From: Candidatus Eiseniibacteriota bacterium
GTDB lineage: Bacteria; Eisenbacteria; RBG-16-71-46; DASYSL01
Assembly: GCA_046598045.1 (NCBI GenBank)
Contig: JBKJJJ010000157.1
Span: 1-19,686, forward strand
DNA length: 19,686 nucleotides
Reading direction: 5' to 3'
Part shown: positions 14,360 through 19,686 of the stretch, in pieces
How the letters are laid out: the number at the start of each line of letters is the position of its first letter
How positions within the stretch are numbered: position 1 is the first letter of the stretch
Position numbers and translations under genes: made by a program
Notes under the pieces: model-generated
The model's database searches: none
Seen by the model: the letters and a program-made list of their open reading frames with translations, nothing else
What the model was told of the DNA's origin: nothing

Positions 14360-16186
14360 ATGTCCCAGGCAGTCATGCAGATCATCCGCCAAAGCCAGCC
14401 CGACGCCGGGCCGCCCGCGTCCAATCGGCTTTCCAGGGGGGCGGTCCTTCGGATTGCCCGGTATTTCCGGCCCTACCGGCCCGACGCGGCGTGGATCACG
14501 CTCGGCATCCTGCTGACCTCGCTGCTCGGGCTCGTGCCGCCCTTGCTGGTGCGCCACATCATCGACCACGCGATCCCGCACCACGACGCGCGTTCGCTGC
14601 TGACCATGGTCGGGCTGATGATCGCGCTGCCCGCGGTCGGCGGGCTGATCGGCGTGTGGCAGAACTATCTCGCGGTGCGCGTCGGACAGGCCGTGATGTT
14701 CGACATCCGCGGCGAAATGTACGGCAAGCTGCTCGCCCAGTCGCTGCGCTTCTATACCAACACCAAGTCAGGCGAGATCCTGACCCGCCTCCAGAGCGAC
14801 GTCGGCGGCATTCAGGGCGTGGTCACCGGCACGCTCGTCGCCGTGGTCACCAACGTGCTGGTCGTGGTCACCACGCTGGTCGTGATCTTCGGGATCAACT
14901 GGCAGCTCTCGCTGCTCGCGATCGGCATCCTGCCGCTGTTCATCCTGCCCACGCGCGGCGTCGGGCAGCTGCGCAAGAAGCTCTCGAAGGAGACGCAGGA
15001 GCGCCTCGCGGAGCTGACCGCGCTGGTGCAGGAGACGCTGTCGGTGAGCGGCCACTTGATGGTGCGCCTGTTCGGCACGTCGCAGTACGAGGCGGGCCGC
15101 TTCCGCGAGAAGAACGACGCGGTGCGGAAGCTCACGCTGCGGCAGAACCTGGTGGGGCGCTGGTTCTTCTTCTTCCTCTTGCTGTTCGCGTCGGTCGGGC
15201 CGGCGCTGATCTACGGCTACGGCGGCTGGCTCGCGATCCAGGGCGCGCTCACGATCGGCACGATCGTCGCGCTGGTCGCGTACCTGGGGCGGCTCTACGG
15301 GCCGGTCTCGGCGCTGATCAACGTGCATGTCGACCTGATGACCGCGGCCGGGCTGTTCGAGCGCATCTTCGCCTACCTCGACCTGGTCGAGGAGGTCGCG
15401 GAGAAGGACGGCGCGACCCGGCTGATCGACCCGCAGGGCCGGCTCGCGTTCGAGGACGTCCGCTTCGCCTACGACACCGGCAAGCCGGTGCTCCATGGCG
15501 TGTCGTTCGAGGCGCGGCCCGGGGAACTGGTCGCGCTCGTGGGGCCCTCGGGCTCGGGCAAGACCACGATCAACTACCTCGCGGCCAGGCTGTACGACCC
15601 CGAGGCGGGGCGCGTCTCGCTCGATGGCCACGACCTGCGCGAGCTGACGCTCGACAGCCTGGCGGCCGCGGTCGGCGCGGTGACGCAGGAGACATTCCTG
15701 TTCCACGACACCGTGCGCGCGAACCTGCTGTACGCCCGAGCGGGCGCCACGCCCGCGGAGGTCGAGTCGGCGTGCCGGCAGGCGCAGATCCACGACGTGA
15801 TCGCCGCGCTGCCGATGGGCTACGACACGGTCGTGGGGGAACGCGGGTACAAGTTGTCGGGCGGGGAGAAGCAGCGCATGGCGATCGCGCGCGTGATCCT
15901 CAAGAACCCGCGGCTCCTGATCCTCGACGAGGCCACTTCGAGCCTCGACGCGAGATCCGAGGCGCTCGTGCAGGAGGCGCTGGCGACGATCCTCTCGGGG
16001 CGCACGTCGCTCGTGATCGCGCACCGGCTCTCGACCATCCTCGCGGCCGACCGGATCCTCGTGCTCGACCAGGGCCTGATCGTCGAGCAGGGGACGCACG
16101 CCGAGCTGATCGGCAGGGGCGGGCTCTACGCCCAGCTCTACGAGGAGCAGTTCCGCGCCGCGACCGAGGGCATCGAAGCCCGCTAG
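14360..16186 (+). CDS. ABC exporter, fused permease + ATP-binding domain (MsbA/MdlB-like)
   Basis: Multiple TM segments, Walker A GPSGSGKT, signature LSGGEKQR, Walker B ILDEATSSLD and H-loop IAHRL. Confidence 0.95.
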   Translation: MSQAVMQIIRQSQPDAGPPASNRLSRGAVLRIARYFRPYRPDAAWITLGILLTSLLGLVPPLLVRHIIDHAIPHHDARSLLTMVGLMIALPAVGGLIGVWQNYLAVRVGQAVMFDIRGEMYGKLLAQSLRFYTNTKSGEILTRLQSDVGGIQGVVTGTLVAVVTNVLVVVTTLVVIFGINWQLSLLAIGILPLFILPTRGVGQLRKKLSKETQERLAELTALVQETLSVSGHLMVRLFGTSQYEAGRFREKNDAVRKLTLRQNLVGRWFFFFLLLFASVGPALIYGYGGWLAIQGALTIGTIVALVAYLGRLYGPVSALINVHVDLMTAAGLFERIFAYLDLVEEVAEKDGATRLIDPQGRLAFEDVRFAYDTGKPVLHGVSFEARPGELVALVGPSGSGKTTINYLAARLYDPEAGRVSLDGHDLRELTLDSLAAAVGAVTQETFLFHDTVRANLLYARAGATPAEVESACRQAQIHDVIAALPMGYDTVVGERGYKLSGGEKQRMAIARVILKNPRLLILDEATSSLDARSEALVQEALATILSGRTSLVIAHRLSTILAADRILVLDQGLIVEQGTHAELIGRGGLYAQLYEEQFRAATEGIEAR

Positions 16187-17370
16187 GCCTCCCGTCGCGC
16201 GTACGTCCAGTACAGCCCCGAGCCCGCCACCCCGACAAAGAACGCGCACCACAGCAGCGCGTGCGGGCCGAAGCGTTGCCAGATCAGCGCGCCCACGATC
16301 GGGGCGGGGAAGACCGCGAACGAGCGCCAGCTCCAGTACAGGCCGACCCCGCGCGCGCGGTACTCGGTGGGGAAGAGGCTCGTGATCATCGACTTGCGCG
16401 CGGGCTCGCCGATCTCGCGCAGGCCGTAGACCAGGAACGCGGCGACCAGCCCGGCCTTGCCGTGCGCGAGCGCGAGCGCGGCCGGCACGAGCGTGAAGAA
16501 CACGAACGTCAGTCCGATGAACGGGCGATGGTGTCCCTTCTCGACGATCGCGCCGACCGGGAGGTAGGTCGCGAGCGCGGTCGTCATCTGCATCGCGACC
16601 ATCGCGCCGTAGAACGCGGGCGAGACGCCGAGCACGTTCAGGCAGTAGAGCACGATGAAGTCACGCGTCAGCCAGTCGCACCAGCGCACCAGCGTGTCGC
16701 TCCACCACAGGCGCTTGAGGAACGGTGGCATCGCGCGCCAGACCTCGCGCTTGGAGATCGTGGCGGGGGGCGCCGGCTCCCTCTTCTCGAGCAGCCTCCA
16801 CTGCGCGACGATGGAGACCAGCACGCTCGCGAGGGACGCCCACAGCAGTGCGCGCACGCCGGCGGTCACCCCGACTGCGGTCAGCACGAGCCCGCCGATC
16901 AGGGGCCCGACGATCTTCGGCAGGCGCTTCTGGATCGACTGCAGCGCGAACGCCATCGTGCGCGCGCCGGGCTCGGTGCTCTTGCCCACGACCGCGAACG
17001 TGGCCGGCACCGAGAGCGACTCCCACGAGCCGATCAGGAACGAGGCGATGATCGCGGCGGTGACCGACTTCGTCGCCAGGAACACGAGGTAACCCGTGAG
17101 CGGCACGAAGCCGACGAGCGCGAGCGTGCCGCGCGTCCCGAGGCGGTTCGACAGCTCGCCGCCGGTCCAGTAGAGGAAGCCCTCGAGCAGGTTCTTGCCT
17201 GCGGACCAAAGCCCGATCACGAGGATCGAGGCGCCGAGCGCGTCGAGGTACTTGGGGAGGTAGGGGCTCCACAGCTCCTCACCCAGCCCGACCAGGAACA
17301 GCGCCGCCAACAGCGCCACGGTCTGGCGATTGATGCCGAGGCGGTCGGTCCAGCGCTGGCGGGTCGGCAT
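16183..17370 (-). CDS. MFS transporter
   Basis: 395 aa with about 12 hydrophobic segments, motif-A-like GGELSNRLGTR, and P.EYRARGVGLY in the C-terminal half. Confidence 0.85.
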   Translation of the reverse strand: MPTRQRWTDRLGINRQTVALLAALFLVGLGEELWSPYLPKYLDALGASILVIGLWSAGKNLLEGFLYWTGGELSNRLGTRGTLALVGFVPLTGYLVFLATKSVTAAIIASFLIGSWESLSVPATFAVVGKSTEPGARTMAFALQSIQKRLPKIVGPLIGGLVLTAVGVTAGVRALLWASLASVLVSIVAQWRLLEKREPAPPATISKREVWRAMPPFLKRLWWSDTLVRWCDWLTRDFIVLYCLNVLGVSPAFYGAMVAMQMTTALATYLPVGAIVEKGHHRPFIGLTFVFFTLVPAALALAHGKAGLVAAFLVYGLREIGEPARKSMITSLFPTEYRARGVGLYWSWRSFAVFPAPIVGALIWQRFGPHALLWCAFFVGVAGSGLYWTYARREA

Positions 17371-17375
17371 GGCCG

Positions 17376-17414
17376 CGCAGTCTGACAGGCGGCGGGAACA
17401 TGCGCTAGACTGCG
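17376..17414. promoter_or_regulatory. Back-to-back leaderless-type -10 elements for MFS and selD
   Basis: TAGACT (17406-17411) is 6 nt before the selD ATG; CAGACT on - (17384-17379) is 8 nt before the MFS ATG. Together they form the inverted repeat CGCAGTCT-N23-AGACTGCG. Confidence 0.45.
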
Positions 17415-17417
17415 TGC

Positions 17418-18488
17418 ATGGCTGACGACCGCGAATCCCCCGAGCGCCTGACCCCGGTCCGCCTGACGCAGACCGCGAAGCGCGCCGGTTGCGCCGCGAA
17501 GCACCCGCCCGGATACCTGCTGCCCCTCCTCAAGAACCTTCCGGCTGTCACCGACCCGCGCGTGCTCGTCGGGTCCAACACGGCCGACGACGCGGCGGTC
17601 ATCCAGATCGCCCCCGATCGCGCGCTCGTGTTCACGACCGACTTCTTCACGCCGATCGTCGACGACCCCTTCGAGTTCGGGCAGGTCGCGGCGGCGAACG
17701 CGCTCTCCGACGTGTATGCCATGGGCGGCACGCCGATCTCGGCGCTCGGGATCGTGGGCTTCCCCGACGACACGCTCCCGGCTGACGTGCTGGCCGAGAT
17801 CCTGCGCGGCGGCGCGCTCAAGGTGAAGGAGGCCGGCATCGACGTCGTGGGCGGACACACGATCAAGAGTGACGAGCCGATCTACGGCCTCGCGGTGATC
17901 GGCGAGGTCCACCCCGACCGCATCGTCTCGAACGCGGGTGCGCGCGTCGGCGACGTGCTCGTGCTCACGAAGCCGCTCGGTATCGGCGTGATCGCGACCG
18001 CGAACAAGCAGGACCTCGATCGCCTCGGCGCCATGCCCGAGGCGATCCGGCTGATGTCGACGCTCAATCGCTCCGCGTGCGACGCCATGCTCGAGGTCGG
18101 CGTCCACGCCGCGACCGACGTCACGGGCTTCGGCCTGCTCGGCCACCTGCGCAACGTGTGCGCCGCGAGCGGCGTCTCGGCGCGCGTGCGCGTGGGCGAC
18201 GTGCCGGTGCTCGCGGCCGCACGGACGTACGTCGCCGAGGGCATCGCCCCGGGCGGCACGCACGCGAACTGGCGCTTCCTCGTAGACTGGGTGAGCTGGG
18301 GCCCGCAAGTCACGAAGGATGAGCAACTTCTGTTGTCGGACGCCCAGACCTCGGGCGGCCTCCTGATCGCCGTCGCTCCCGGGAAGGCGGACGACTTGCT
18401 CGCCGCCCTGCGGCGCCACGGCACGCCGGCCGCGGCGCTGGTGGGCGAGATCGTCGCCGGAGAGCCGGGCCGCATGGAGGTTGATTGA
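17418..18488 (+). CDS. selD: Selenide, water dikinase (selenophosphate synthetase), Cys-type
   Basis: RLTQ..AGCAAK, DDAAV, TTDFFTPIVDDP..FG..AAANALSDVYAMGG, GGHT, TKPLG, TDVTGFGLLGH and DAQTSGGLL. Confidence 0.96.
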   Translation: MADDRESPERLTPVRLTQTAKRAGCAAKHPPGYLLPLLKNLPAVTDPRVLVGSNTADDAAVIQIAPDRALVFTTDFFTPIVDDPFEFGQVAAANALSDVYAMGGTPISALGIVGFPDDTLPADVLAEILRGGALKVKEAGIDVVGGHTIKSDEPIYGLAVIGEVHPDRIVSNAGARVGDVLVLTKPLGIGVIATANKQDLDRLGAMPEAIRLMSTLNRSACDAMLEVGVHAATDVTGFGLLGHLRNVCAASGVSARVRVGDVPVLAAARTYVAEGIAPGGTHANWRFLVDWVSWGPQVTKDEQLLLSDAQTSGGLLIAVAPGKADDLLAALRRHGTPAAALVGEIVAGEPGRMEVD

Positions 18489-18571
18489 CACCTTGAGCGG
18501 GATCGCTTCCCATTGAGTGCTCTCTCCGCAGTCGTTGATCCTTCCTCTTTCGTAGTGCACCGAGGCTTCCG

Positions 18572-19686
18572 ATGTCCCTCCGTTCCCGGCTCGCGCCCCT
18601 GGCGCTGTCCCTTGCCCTGGCTTCGCCCGCGACGGCCGCGATCACTCCCGGCCCGTGGTCGCCGAAGGGCGGCCAGGCCGAGGCGCACTTCGGCGCGTCG
18701 GTCGCGCCCGCGGGAGACGTGAACGGCGACGGCTTCGGCGACGTCCTGGTCGGCGCACCCCTGTTCGACAACGTCCAGACCGATGAAGGGCGTGTGTTCC
18801 TCTACTACGGATCCGCTACGGGGCTCGCAGCCTCGCCCGCATGGACATGGGAGCCGAACGAGGACGGCGCGCAGGCCGGCGCCGCCGTCGCGCCTGCCGG
18901 CGACATCAACGGCGACTATTATGCGGACTTCCTGGTCGCCGCGCCGTACTGGGACGGGGGGATCGGCTTGGACGTGGGCGCGGTCTTCGTGTTCCTGGGC
19001 TCGATCACGGGGCCGGACGCGACACCGTCGGACACCGTGTTCATCGGAATCCCGGAGTGCCACTTCGGCGCGGCCCTCTCGACCGCGGGCGACGTCAACG
19101 GCGACCAGTATGCCGACGTGATCATCGGCGCGCCGGACATGTCGCTCACCGACATCAACGAAGGCGGCGCGTTCGTCTACCTCGGATCGCTTTCCGGGCT
19201 CGGGGCGAGCCCGGTGTTCTCGCTCCAGGGCAATTTCCCGGATGCGCATCTCGGGGCCTCGGTGAGCGGCGCGGGCGATGTCAACGCCGACACCTATGCG
19301 GACATCCTCGTGGGCGCGCCGGGATATCCCGCACTGCGCCTGATCTACTCGGGCCGGGCGCTCGTCTACCGCGGAACCGCTGCGGGCATCGGCACCGCGC
19401 TCGCCACGATCAACGGCACCGCCGACAGCATGGCGACCGGCGCCTCGGTCGCGAACGCCGGGGACGTCAACGGCGACGGCTACGCCGACATCGTGGTCGG
19501 GTCACCGGGTGCGGTGGACGGGTCTCAGCGCAACAGCGGCCACGCGAACATCTACGCCGGCAGCGCGGCCGGCATCATGCCCACGCCCTTCCTTAGCATC
19601 GACGGATTCCAGGCGGAAGAGCGCCTCGGCAGCCATGTCGCGACCGCCGGCGACGTCGCCGGCGACGGCTACGCCGACGTGCTGAT
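18572..19686 (+). CDS. Secreted FG-GAP (integrin-alpha beta-propeller) repeat protein, 5' part; runs off the right edge
   Basis: Absent from the ORF track because there is no stop in the window. Manual translation gives MSLRSRLAPLALSLALASPATAA (signal), then six repeats of the type FGASVAPAGDVNGDGFGDVLVGAP, the last one truncated. Frame checked at both ends. Confidence 0.92.
   Translation, partial: MSLRSRLAPLALSLALASPATAAITPGPWSPKGGQAEAHFGASVAPAGDVNGDGFGDVLVGAPLFDNVQTDEGRVFLYYGSATGLAASPAWTWEPNEDGAQAGAAVAPAGDINGDYYADFLVAAPYWDGGIGLDVGAVFVFLGSITGPDATPSDTVFIGIPECHFGAALSTAGDVNGDQYADVIIGAPDMSLTDINEGGAFVYLGSLSGLGASPVFSLQGNFPDAHLGASVSGAGDVNADTYADILVGAPGYPALRLIYSGRALVYRGTAAGIGTALATINGTADSMATGASVANAGDVNGDGYADIVVGSPGAVDGSQRNSGHANIYAGSAAGIMPTPFLSIDGFQAEERLGSHVATAGDVAGDGYADVL

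Noticed and set aside
14257..17385. 1042-aa + strand ORF and other long overlapping ORFs (e.g. 4072-5526, 7113-8822, 9455-11164, 31-708)
   Set aside because: Shadow ORFs typical of high-GC DNA. They are Arg/Pro/Ala-rich, have no motifs and overlap well-supported genes.

Overview
High-GC, gene-dense bacterial window with 16 supportable CDSs. I found no rRNA, tRNA, CRISPR array or transposase. Left to right: a 5' fragment of glycogen synthase glgA (minus strand, runs off the window); divergent from it across 26 bp, an operon of two paralogous ATP-grasp ligases translationally coupled to the branching enzyme glgB, followed by a secreted DUF1028/Ntn-hydrolase-like protein; msrB; a saccharopine/lysine dehydrogenase-family gene; a large secreted beta-propeller + di-haem CcP/MauG-like + FlgD-Ig protein; a Fes-like esterase; a lower-GC solitary Mrr type IV restriction gene; a small HExxH protein; a YbjN-like protein with an acidic tail; an ABC exporter; an MFS transporter; Cys-type selD; and the start of a secreted FG-GAP repeat protein. 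The best candidate for an undescribed system is the ATP-grasp pair built into the glycogen locus. Second is the surface multi-domain di-haem enzyme. Non-coding signals include a probable bidirectional -10 element, leaderless-type promoters, an orphan promoter with 11-bp tandem repeats pointing antisense into msrB, and three convergent gene pairs sharing a CTAG double stop. All family calls come from motif recognition by eye, not database searches.
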